The notes beneath the pieces were generated by a model that saw only the letters and a list, made by a program, of their open reading frames with translations, ran no database searches and had not been told where the DNA came from. Below are positions 51,501 through 64,000 of a stretch of 64,000 bases of DNA, one piece after another (within the stretch, counting starts at the first letter, position 1; each line of letters opens with the position of its first letter). The position numbers were made by a program, and so were the translations under genes. This stretch comes from Eledone cirrhosa (Eukaryota): assembly GCA_964016885.1 (NCBI GenBank), contig OZ024744.1:16926001-16990000 (forward strand), in the 5' to 3' direction.

Positions 51501-54500
51501 TGTCCTTAGTCCTCTCATTACAATAGAGGAGAAGAAGTCTGGTGTCCTTGGTTCACACATTACCACTGAGGAGAAGACCTAGTGTCCTAGGCCCTCACAT
51601 TACCACAGAGAAGAAACCTCTGGTGTCCTTCACCCCCATATTGCAACATCGCAGAAGGCATCTGGTGTTCTTGGTCCCCTTATTTCCACAGAGGAGAGGA
51701 CCTCTGGAGTCCTTGGTCCCCACATTACCACAGAGGAGATGACCTCTGGTGTCCTTGGTCCCCACATTACCACAGAGAAGAGGAGACGACCATTGTTTTG
51801 CATGGTCCTCACATTACCACAGCGGAGAAGACCTCTGGTCTCATTGGCCCACACATTACAACCGAGGAGAAGACCTGGAGACCTTGTCCCTCACATTACC
51901 ACAGAGAAGACCTCTGATGTCATTGGTCCCCATATTACCACATAGGAGAATATCTGCTGTCCTTGGTCCCCACATTACCACAGAGGAGGATGAGATCACT
52001 GGTGTCCTTGGTCCCCACATTACCACAGAGGAGAAGAAGACCTTTGGTGTCTTTGGTCCCCCATTACCATAGAGGAGAGGAACTCTGTTATCCTTGGTCC
52101 CCGCATTACTACAGAGAAGAGGAAGACCTCTGGTGTCCTTGGTCCCCACATAATCAGAGAGAAGACCACTGGCGTCGTTGGTCCCAATATTACCATAAAG
52201 AAGACCTCTGGCGTCCTTGGTCCCAATATTACCACAAAGAAGTCCTCTGGTGTAATTGGTCCCCATATTACCACAGAGGAGTGGAAGACATCTGTTGTCC
52301 TTGGTCCCAACATTAACACAATGGAGAGCAAGACACTGGTGTCATTGGTCTCCACATCACCACATAGGAGAAGAAGGCCTCTGGTGTTGTTGGTCTCCAT
52401 ATAACCACAGAGGAGAGGACCTCTGGTGACTTGGTCTCCATATTACCACAGATGAGAGGACTTCTGGTGTCCTTGGTCCCCACATTATCACAGAGGAGAA
52501 GACCTCTGGTGTCCTTGGCCCCACATTAACACAGAGAAGACCCCTGTTGTCTTTGGTCCCCACAATACCACAGAGAAGAAGAAGACCTCTGGTGTCCTTA
52601 GACCACACATTACCACAGAGAAAAAGAAGATTCTGGTGTCCTTGGTCCCCATATTACCACAGAGGAGAAGGCATCTGGTGATCTTGGTCCCCATATTTCC
52701 ACAGAGGAGAGGACCTCTGGAGTCCTTGGTCCCCACATTACCACAGAGGAGAAGACCTCTGTTGTCCTTGGTTCCCAGCTTACAACAGAGGAGACGGCCA
52801 TTGTTGTCCATGGTCCTCACATTGCCACAGAAGAAGAGCTCTGGTGTCCTTGGTCGCCACATTACACAGAGAAGACCTCTGGTGTCATTGGTCCCCGTAT
52901 TACCACAGAGGAAAAGATCTGGTGTCCTTGGTCCCCACATTACCACAGAGAAGAAGATCTCTGGTGTCCTTGGTCCCCACATTTCCATAGATGAGAAGAA
53001 CTCTGTTATCCTTGTTCGCCACATTACTACAGAGAAGCGGAAGACCTCTGGCGTCCTTGGTCCCCACATAACCACAGAGAAGACCTCTGGCGTCCTTGGT
53101 CCCAATATTACCACAAAGAAGACCTCTGGTGTAATTGGTCCCAATATTACCACAGAGGAGTAGAAGACATCTGTTGTCCTTGGTCCCAACATTAACACAA
53201 TGGAGAGCAAGACACTGGTGTCATTGGTCTCCATATAACCACATAGGAGAGGTCCTCTGGTGACCTTGGTCTCCATATTACCACAGAGGAGAGGACTTCT
53301 GGTGTCCTTGGTCCCCACATTACCACAGAAGAGAAGAAGGCCTCTGGTCTTTTTTATCTCCATATAACCACAGAGGAGAAGACCTCTGGTGTCCTTGGAC
53401 CCCACATTACCACAGAGGAGAGGACCTCTGGTGACTTTGGTCCCCTCAATACTGCAGAGAAAAAGAAGACCTCTGGTGTCCTTAGTCCACACACTACCAC
53501 AGAGAAGAAGATCTCTGGTGTCCTTGGTCCCCGCATTACCACATACCAGAAAATCTCTGTTGTCCTTCGTCCTAATTTTACCACAGAGAAGAAGACCGCT
53601 GGCGTCCTTGGTCCCCACATTACCACAGAGGAGAGGAAGATCTCTGGTGTTCTTGGTCGTCACATTACCACAGATGAGAAGCACTCTGGTGTCCTTGGGC
53701 CCCCCATAACCACAAAGGAGATGAATACCTCTGGTGTCCTTGGTAATCTCATTACCACAGAGGAGAAGATTCTGGTGTCCTTGGGCCACACCTAACCACA
53801 CGGGGGAGGACCTGATGTTGACCACAGGACGAGATGGTTCCTGTTGTCCTTGATCTCCATATTATTATTATAGAGAAGAAGACCTCATGTGTCCTTCCCC
53901 CCACATAACCACATAGGAGAAGAAGACCCCTGGTGTCATTGGTCCGCACATTATCACAGAGAAGAAGAACTCTGGTGTCCTTGGAACCCACATTACCACA
54001 GAGAATATCTCTGGTTCCTTGGTCCTCAAATTATCACAGATGAGAAGACCTCTGGCGTCCTTGTTCCTCACATTACCACAGGGAACAATGCCTCAGATGG
54101 CCTTCGTCCCCACATTACAACAGAGCAGAAGACCTCTTGTGTCATTTGTCCCCATATCACCATAGAGGAGAGGACCTCTGGTATCTTTTTATCCCCACAT
54201 AACAACAGAGAAGAGGAGACGACTTCTGGTGTCCTTGGTCCTCACATTACCACCGAGGAGAAGACCTGGCGTCCTTGGCCCTCAATTACCACAGAGAAAA
54301 AGAAGATCTCTGGTGTCCTTGGTCCCCATATTAACACAGAGGAGAAGACAAACTCTGGTGTCCTTGGTCCTCATTTAACCACAAAGGAGAAGAAGACCTC
54401 TGGTGTTTTGGTCCCCACATTACGACAGAAAAGACGAACTCTGGTGTCTTTTGTCCTCACATGACAGCAGAGGAGAAGAAGACCTCTGGTGTCCTTGGTC

Positions 54501-57500
54501 CCCACATTACCACATAGGAGAAGAAGCGCTCTGGTGTCCTTGGTCCCCACATTACCACATAGGAGAAGAAGACCTCTGGTGTCCTTGGTCCCCACATTAC
54601 CACATAGGAGAAGAAGACCTCTGGTGTCCTTGAACCCCACATTTACACAGAGGAGAAGAAGAGCTCTGGTGTCCTTGGTCCCCACATTACCACATAGGAG
54701 AAGAAGACCTCTGGTGTCCTTGAACCCCACATTACCACAGAGGAGAAAAAGAGCTCTGGTGACCTTGATCCCCACATTACAACAGAGGAGAAGAAAACCT
54801 CTGGCGTCATTGGTCCCCATATTACACACAAAGTAGAAGACATCTGGTGTCCTTGGTCCGCACATTACCATAGAGGAGAGGACCTCTGTTATCCTTGGTC
54901 CCCACATAACCACAGAGAAGAGGAGATGACTTCTGGTGTCCTTTCTACGCACATTACCACAGAGGAGAAGTCTGGTGTCCTTGGTCCACACATTACCACC
55001 GAGGAGAAAACCTGCTGTCCTTTGCCCTCACATTACCACAGAGAAAAAGAAGTCTTCTGGTGTCCTTGTTCCCCATATTACCACAGAGGAGAAGGCCTCT
55101 GGTGTCCTTGGTCCTCCACATAACCACAGAGAAAAAGATTACCTCCGGTGTTCTTGGTCCCCATATTTCTACAGAGGAGATGACCTCTGGTGTCTTTGGT
55201 ACCCTCATTATCACAGAAGAGAAGAACTCTGGTCTACTTGGGCCACACATAACGACAGAGAAGACCTCTGGTGTCCTTGGACCCCACATTACCACAGAGG
55301 AGAGGACCTCTGGTGTCTTTGGTCCCCACAATACTACAGAGAAGAAGATCTCTGGTGTCCTTGGGCCACACATAACCACACGGGGAGGACCTCATGTTTA
55401 CCACAGACGAGAAGGCTGCTGTTGTCCTTGATCTCCATATTATTATAGAGAAGAAGACCTCATGTGTCCTTAGCCCCACATTACCACATAGGAGAAGAAG
55501 ACCCCTGGTGTCATTGGTCCGCACATTACCACAGAGAAGAAGAACTCTGGTGTCCTTGGAACCCACATTACCACAGAGAATATCTCTGGTTCCTTGGTCC
55601 TCAAATTATCACAGATGAGAAGACCTCTGGCGTCCTTGTTCCTCACATTACCACAGGGAACAATGCCTCAGATGGCCTTCGTCCCCACATTACAACAGAG
55701 CAGAAGACCTCTTGTGTCATTTGACCCCATATCACCATAGAGGAGAGGACCTCTGGTATCTTTTTATCCCCACATAACAACAGAGAAGAGGAGACGACTT
55801 CTGGTGTCCTTGGTCCTCACATTACCACCGAGGAGAAGATCTGGCGTCCTTGGCCCTCAATTACCACAGAGAAAAAGAAGATCTCTGGTGTCCTTGGTCC
55901 CCATATTAACACAGAGGAGAAGGCCTCTGGTGACTTTGGTCCTCATATTACAACAGAGAAGACCTCTGGAGTCATTGGTCCCCACATTACCACAGAGGAG
56001 ATGACCTCTGGTGTCCTTGGTCCCCACATTACCACAGAGAAGTGGAAGACCTCGGCTGACCTTGGTCACCATATTACCACAGAGGAGAGACCTCTGGTAT
56101 CCTTGGTCCCCACATTATCACAGAGGAGAAGAAGAACTCTGGTGACCTTGGTGCACGCGTTAAACGGAGCAGAGGTAGATACCTGCTGACCTTGATCACC
56201 ACATTACCACACACGAGAGGGCCTCTGGTGTCCTTGGTTTCCATAGTACCTGAGAGGAGAAGGCGATTGGTGTCCTTGGCACCCACATTACCATAGAGGA
56301 GAAGAAGACCTCTGGTGTCCTTGGTCCCCACATTATCACAGAGAAGACAAACTCTGGTGTCCTTGGTCCTCATTTAACCACAAAGGAGAAGAAGACCTCT
56401 GGTGTCTTAGGTCCCCACGTTACCACAGAGAAGACGAACTCTGGTGTCTTTTGTCCTCACATGACCGCAGAGGAGAAGAAGACCTCTGGTGTTCTTGGTC
56501 CCCACATTACCACATAGGAGAAGAAGAGCTCTGGTGTCCTTGAACCCCACATTTACACAGAGGAGAAGAAGAGCTCTGGTGTCCTTGAACCCCACATTAC
56601 CACAGAGGAGAAGAAGAGCTCTGGTGTCCTTGGTCCCCACATTACCACAGAGGAGAAGAAGACCTCTGGTGTCATTGGTCCCCACATTACCACATAGGAG
56701 AAGAAGACCTCTGGTGTCCTTGAACCCCACATTTACACAGAGGAGAAGAAGAGCTCTGGTGTCCTTGGTCCCCACATTACCACAGAGGAGAAGAAGACCT
56801 CTGGTGTCCTTGAACCCCACATTACCACAGAGGAGAAAAAGAGCTCTGGTGACCTTGATCCCCACATTACAACAGAGGAGAAGAAAACTTCTGGTGTCAT
56901 TGGTCCCCATATTACACACAAAGTAGAAGACATCTGGTGTCCTTGGTCCGCACATTACCATAGAGGAGAGGACCTCTGTTATCCTTAGTCCCCACATAAC
57001 CACAGAGAAGAGGAGATGACTTCTGGTGTCCTTTCTACGCACATTACCACAGAGGAGAAGAAGTCTGGTGTCCTTGGTCCACACATTACCACCGAGGAGA
57101 AAACCTGCTGTCCTTTGCCCTCACATTACCACAGAGAAAAAGAAGTCTTCTGGTGTCCTTGTTCCCCATATTACCACAGAGGAGAAGGCCTCTGGTGTCC
57201 TTGGTCCTCCACATAACCACAGAGAAAAAGAAGACCTCCGGTGTTCTTGGTCCCCATATTTCTACAGAGGAGATGACCTCTGGTGTCTTTGGTACCCTCA
57301 TTATCACAGAAGAGAAGAACTCTGGTCTACTTGGGCCACACATAACGACAGAGAAGACCTCTGGTGTCCTTGGACCCCACATTACCACAGAGGAGAGGAC
57401 CTCTGGTGTCTTTGGTCCCCACAATACTACAGAGAAGAAGATCTCTGGTGTCCTTGGGCCACACATAACCACACGGGGGAGGACCTCATGTTTACCACAG

Positions 57501-60500
57501 ACGAGAAGGCTGCTGTTGTCCTTGATCTCCATATTATTATAGAGAAGAAGACCTCATGTGTCCTTAGCCCCACATTACCACATAGGAGAAGAAGACCCCT
57601 GGTGTCATTGGTCCGCACATTACCACAGAGAAGAAGAACTCTGGTGTCCTTGGAACCCACATTACCACAGAGAATATCTCTGGTTCCTTGGTCCTCAAAT
57701 TATCACAGATGAGAAGACCTCTGGCGTCCTTGTTCCTCACATTACCTCAGGGAACAATGCCTCAGATGGCCTTCGTCCCCACATTACAACAGAGCAGAAG
57801 ACCTCTTGTGTCATTTGTCCCCATATCACCATAGAGGAGAGGACCTCTGGTATCTTTTTATCCCCACATAACAACAGAGAAGAGGAGACGACTTCTGGTG
57901 TCCTTGGTCCTCACATTACCACCGAGGAGAAGATCTGGCGTCCTTGGCCCTCAATTACCACAGAGAAAAAGAAGATCTCTGGTGTCCTTGGTCCCCATAT
58001 TAACACAGAGGAGAAGGCCTCTGGTGACTTTGGTCCTCATATTACAACAGAGAAGACCTCTGGAGTCATTGGTCCCCACATTACCACAGAGGAGATGACC
58101 TCTGGTGTCCTTGGTCCCCACATTACCACAGAGAAGTGGAAGACCTCGGCTGACCTTGGTCACCATATTACCACAGAGGAGAGACCTCTGGTATCCTTGG
58201 TCCCCACATTATCACAGAGGAGAAGAAGAACTCTGGTGACCTTGGTGCACGCGTTAAACGGAGCAGAGGTAGATACCTGCTGACCTTGATCACCACATTA
58301 CCACACACGAGAGGGCCTCTGGTGTCCTTGGTTTCCATAGTACCTGAGAGGAGAAGGCGATTGGTGTCCTTGGCACCCACATTACCACAGAGGAGAAAAA
58401 GACCTCTGGTGTCCTTGGTCCCCACATTATCACAGAGAAGACAATCTCTGGTGTCCTTGGTCCTCATTTAACCACAAAGGAGAAGAAGACCTCTGGTGTC
58501 TTAGGTCCCCACATTACCACAGAGAAGACGAACTCTGGTGTCTTTTGTCCTCACATGACCGCAGAGGAGAAGAAGACCTCTGGTGTCCTTGGTCCCGACA
58601 TTACCACATAGGAGAAGAAGACCTCTGGTGTCCTTGAAGCCCACATTTACACAGAGGAGAAGAAGAGCTCTGGTGTCCTTGGTCCCCACATTACAACAGA
58701 GGAGAAGAAGACCTCTGGTGTCATTGGTCCCCACATTACCACATAGGAGAAGAAGACCTCTGGTGTCCTTGAACCCCACATTACCACAGAGGAGAAGAAG
58801 ACCTCTGGTGTTCTTGGTCCCCACATTACCACAGAGGAGAAGAAGACCTCTGGTGTCCTTGAACCCCACATTACCACAGAGGAGAAAAAGAGCTCTGGTG
58901 ACCTTGGTCCCCACATTACAACAGAGGAGAAGAAAACCTCTGGTGTTATTGGTCCCCATATTACACACAAAGTAGAAGACATCTGGTGTCCTTGGTCCGC
59001 ACATTACCATAGAGGAGAGGACCTCTGTTATCCTTGGTCCCCACATAACCACAGAGAAGAGGAGATGACTTCTGGTGTCCTTTCTACTCACATTACCACA
59101 GAGGAGAAGAAGTCTGGTGTCCTTGGTCCACACATTACCACCGAGGAGAAAACCTGGTGTCCTTGGCCCTCACATTACCACAGAGTAGAAGAAGTCTGTT
59201 GTACTTGGCCCTCATATTACCACAGAGAAAAAGAAGTCTTCTGGTGTCCTTGTTCCCCATATTACCACAGAGGAGAAGGCCTCTGGTGTCCTTGGTCCCC
59301 CACATAACCACAGAGAAAAAGAAGAACTCTGCTGTTCTTGGTCCCCATATTCGCACAGAGGAGATGACCTCTGGTGACCTTGGTCCCCACATTACCACAG
59401 ACGAGAAGACCTCTGGTGTCCTTGGGCTTCATATTACCACAGAGGAGGAGAAGAATTCCTCCTGTGTCCTTGGTCCCCCACATTACCACAGAGAAGACAT
59501 CTCGTGTCCTTGGTCCCGACATTAACACAGAGAACTCCTCTGGTGACCTTGGTCCCTACATTACCACTGAGGAGAATAACTCTTGTGTCCTTGGTCCCCA
59601 CATTACAACAGAGGAATAGACCTCTGGTGTCTTTGGTCCCCACATTACCACATAGGAGAGGACCTCAAGTGGCCTTTGTCCCCACGTTACCAAAGAGGAG
59701 AGGAAGACCTCTGGTGTCGATGTTCCACACTTTACCACAGAGAAGAAGACCTGTAGCGTCCATGGTCCCCATATACCACAGAGGAGAGGACCTCTAGTGT
59801 CCTTGGTCCCCACATTACCACAGAGGACAGGACCTGTGGCGTCCTTGGTACCCACATTATCACAGAGGAGGAGAACACCTCTGGTGTCCTTGGTCACCAC
59901 AGTACCAAAGAGGAGAAGACCTCTGGTGTCGTTGGTCTCCATATTACCACAGAGGATAAGATCTCTTTTGACCTTGGTCCCCAAATTACCACAGAGAAGA
60001 CATCTCGTAACCTTGGTCGTCACATTACCACAGATGAGAGGACCTATGCTGTCCTTGGTCCCCACATTATCAGAGAGGAAAAGAGATCTTGTGTCCTTTG
60101 TCCTCACATTACCACAGATAAGAGGAAGACCTCTCGTGTCCTAGGTCCCCACATTACCACAGAGAAGAGGACCTCAGGTGTCCTTGGTCCCCACATTACC
60201 ACAAGGAGAGGACCTCTGGTGTCCTTGGTCCCCACATTACCACAGAGAGAAAACCTCTGGCGTCCTTGGTCCCCACATTACCACAGAGTAGAGGACCTCT
60301 AGTGTCCTTGGTCCCCACATTACCACAAGGAGAGGACCTCTGGTGTCCTTGGTCCCCACATTACCGCAGAGGTGAGGACCTCTGGGATCCTTGGTCTCCA
60401 CTTTATCACAGAGGAGGAGAACAACTCTGGTGTCTTTGGTCCCCACATTACCACATAGGAGAGGACCTCAGGTGGCCTTTGTCCCCACATTACCAAAGAG

Positions 60501-63500
60501 GAGAGGAAGACATCTGGTGTCGATGTTCCACACTTTACCACAGAGAAGAAGACCTGTAGCGTCCATGGTCCCCATATACCACAGAGGAGAGGACCTCTAG
60601 TGTCCTTGGTCCCCACATTACCACAGAGGACAGGACCTGTGGCGTCCTTGGTACCCACATTATCACAGAGGAGGAGAACACCTCTGGTGTCCTTGGTCAC
60701 CACATTACCAAAGAGGAGAAGACCTCTGGTGTCGTTGGTTTCCATATTACCACAGAGGATAAGATCTCTTTTGACCTTGGTCCCCAAATTACCACAGAGA
60801 AGACATCTCGTAACCTTGGTCGTCACATTACCACAGATGAGAGGACCTATGCTGTCCTGGTCCCCACATTATCAGAGAGGAGAAGAGATCTTGTGTCCTT
60901 TGTCCTCACATTACCACAGATAAGAGGAAGACCTCCGGTGTCCTAGGTCCCCACATTACCACAGAGAAGAGGACCTCTGGTGTCCTTGGTCCCCACATTA
61001 CTAAAAGGAGAGGACCTCTGGTGTCCTTGGTCCCCACATTACAGCAGAGGTGAGGACCTCTGGGGTCCTTGGTCTCCATTTTATCAAAGAGGAGGGGAAC
61101 AACTCTGGTGTCGTTGATCTCCATATTACCACAGAGGAGTAGATCTCTTGTGATCTTGGTCCCCATATTACCGCAGAGAAGAGACCTGGTGTCCTTGGAC
61201 GTCACCTTACCTCAGAGGAGAAGAAGACCTTTGGTGCCCTTGGTCCCTACATTACCACAGAGGAGAAGAAGATCTCTGGTGTCCTTGCACGTCACATTAC
61301 CACAGAGGAGAAGAAGATCTCTGGTATCCTTGGACGTCACATTACCACAGAGGAGAGGACCTCTGGTGTCCTTGGTCCCCACATTAACACAGAGGAGAAG
61401 AAGAGCTCTGGTGTCCTTGGACGTCACATTAGCACAGAGGAGAGGACCTAAGGTGGCCTTGGTCCCCACATTACTACAGAGGAAAAAGAGATCTGTTGTC
61501 CTTTGTCCGTACATTACCACAGAGGAGAGGAAGACCTCTGGTGTCCTTGGTCCCCATATTACCAAAGGAGAAGATCTGGTGTCCTTGGTCCTCACATTAC
61601 CACAGAGGAGAAGATCTCTGGTTTCCTTGGTCCCTACATTACTACAGAGAAGAACTCGAGTGTCCTTGCTGCCCACATTACCAAAGTGGAGAAGAATACC
61701 TCTGGTGTCCTGGCTCCCCACATTACCACAGAGAAGAAGACCTCTGGTGTCATTTGTCCCCACATTATCATAGAGAAGAAAACCTCTGGTGTCTTTGGTC
61801 CCCACATTAGCACAGAAGAGGGGAACTCTGGTGTCCTTGGTCCCCACATTTCAACAGAAGGGAGGAGGACCTCTGGTGTTATTGGTCCCACATTACCACT
61901 AAGGAGAGGACATCTCTTGTCCGTTGTCTCCACATTACCACAGACGAGAAGATCTCTGGTGTCCGTAGTCTACACATTACTACAGAGGAGAGGACCTCTG
62001 TTGTCCTTGATCCCTACATTACCACAGAGAGGACGGACTCTGGTGTCCTAGGTCCTCATGTTACAATAGAGGAGAAGACCTGGTGTTCTTGGTCCTCACA
62101 TTACCACAGAGAAGATAAACTCTGGTGTCCTTGGTCCTCATTTTACCACAGAGGAGAGGACCTCTGGTGTCCTTGCTGCCCACATTACCACAGAGAAAAA
62201 GACCTCTGGTGTCCTTGGTCCCTACATTACCTCAGTGAATACGAACTCTGGTGTCCTTGGTCGTCACATGACCACAGAGAAGAAGAAGACCTCTGGTGTC
62301 TTTGGTCCCCACATTACCACATAGGAGAAGAAGACTTCTGGTGTCCTTGGTCCTCACATTACCACAGAGGAGAAGAAGACCTCTGGTGTCCTTGGTCCCC
62401 ACATTCCCACATAGGAGAAGAAGACCTCTGGTGTGATTGGTCCCCGCATTACCACATAGGAGAAGATCTCTTGTTTCCTTGGTCCCCACATTACCACAGA
62501 GGAGAAGGAGTCCTCTAGTGTGGTTGGTCCCCATATTACACACAAAGTAGAAGACATCTGGTGTCCTCCTTGGTCCCCACATTACGATAGAGGAGAGGAC
62601 CTCTGGTAGCCTTGGTCGCCTCATAACCAAATAGAAGAGGAGACGACTTCTGGTGTCCTTTCTACTCACATCACCACAGATGAGAAGAAGTCTTGTGTCC
62701 TTGGTCCACATATTACCACCGAGGAGAAGACCTGGTGTCCTTGGCCCTCACATTACCACAGAGTAGAAGAACTCTTGTGTCCTCATATTACCACAGATAA
62801 AAAGAAGTCTTTTGGTGTCCTTGTTCCCCATATTACCACAGAGGAGAAGGCCTCTGGTGTCCTTGGTCCCTACATTACCACAGAGGAGAACACAACTGGT
62901 GTATTTCGTCCCCACATTAGCACAGAGGGGAAGACCTCTGGTGTCCTTGGTCCCCACATTTCCACAGAAGAGAAGACCTCTAGCGTCCTTCGTCCCCATA
63001 TACCACAGAGGAGAGCAAGAATACTGGTGTCCTTGGTCCCCACATTACCACAGAGGAGTTTGGTCCTTACATTGCCACAGAGGAAAAGACATTTGGTGTC
63101 TTTCGTCCCCACATTTGCACAGAGGGGAAGACCTCTATTGTCCTTGATCCCTACATTACCACAGAGAGGACGAACTCTGGTGTCCTAGGTCCTCATGTTA
63201 CAATAGAAGAGAATCCTGGTGTTCTTGGTCCTCACATTACCACAGAGAAGACAAACTCTGGTGTCCTTGGTCCTCATTTTACCACAGAGGAGAGGACCTC
63301 TGGAGTCCTTGCTGCCCACATTACCACAGAGAAAAAGACCTCTGGTGTCCTTGGTCCCTACATTACGTCAGTGAATACGAACTCTGGTGTCCTTGGTCCT
63401 CACATGACCACATAGGAGAAGAAGACCTCTGGTGTCCTTGGTCCCTACATTACCACATAGGAGAAGAAGACCTTTGGTGTCCTTGGTCCCCACATTACCA

Positions 63501-64000
63501 CAGAAGAGAAGAAGACCTCTGGTGTCCTTGGGCCCCACATTACGACAGAGGAGAAGAAGACCTCTGGTGTGATTGGTCCCCATATTACACAAAGTAGAAG
63601 ACATCTGGTGTCCTTGGTCTCCACATAACCACAGAGAAGAGGAGACGACTTCTGGTGTCCTTTCTACTCACATTACCACAGAGGAGAAGAAGTCTTGTGT
63701 GCTTGGCCCTCACTTTACCACAGAGAAGAAGATCTCTGGTGTCCTTGGACCCCATATTACCACAGAGGAGAGGAAAACTTCTGGTGTCCTTGTTCCCCAT
63801 ATTACCACAGAGAAGAGGAAGTCTGGTGTCTTTGGTCCTTACATTACCCCAGAGGAAAAGACATCTGGTGTCTTTCGTCCCCGCATTAGCACCGAGGGGT
63901 AGACCTCTGGAGTCCTTGGTTCCCACATTACCACAGATTAGAGGACCTCTGGTGTCCTTGGTTCCCACATTACCACAGAGAAAACCCCTGGTGCCCTTGG
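48551..64000. repeat. Satellite array, 39-45-bp monomer, more than 15.4 kb, runs off the window, with higher-order repeats
   Basis: Consensus GACCTCTGGTGTCCTTGGTCCCCACATTACCACAGAGGAGAA(GAA); roughly 360 monomers from length/43. Confidence 0.97.

Noticed and set aside
48561-63968. Satellite as a repeat-protein gene or CRISPR array
   Set aside because: Frames switch constantly and stops are scattered; there are no unique spacers and no cas genes; context is eukaryotic.

Overview
AT-rich, microsatellite-dense eukaryotic DNA with no recognisable host gene. The tRNA-derived SINEs resemble Octopus/cephalopod SINEs, so a coleoid mollusc is my inference. Bases 1-48.5 kb are a nested retroelement pile embedded in (TA)n-type microsatellites: two CRE-clade (RLE) non-LTR copies, a full-length but frameshifted Ty3/Gypsy element (476-bp LTRs, GTAC TSD, tRNA-Trp-like PBS), Penelope-like elements (PLEs) of at least three families including one open 764-aa RT+GIY-YIG ORF, a CR1-group fragment, SINEs, a TA-flanked MITE and a tRNA-Thr(GGT)-like gene. 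Folding by eye gave ten well-formed type I hammerhead ribozyme motifs (several in short non-coding elements), several decayed ones, and one HDV-like candidate. From 48.55 kb to the end lies a 39-45-bp satellite with kb-scale higher-order repeats. Its monomer and left flank are collinear with the endonuclease-coding region of a CRE-type retrotransposon, suggesting the array grew out of an RLE domain. Most ORFs in the supplied track are low-complexity artefacts.
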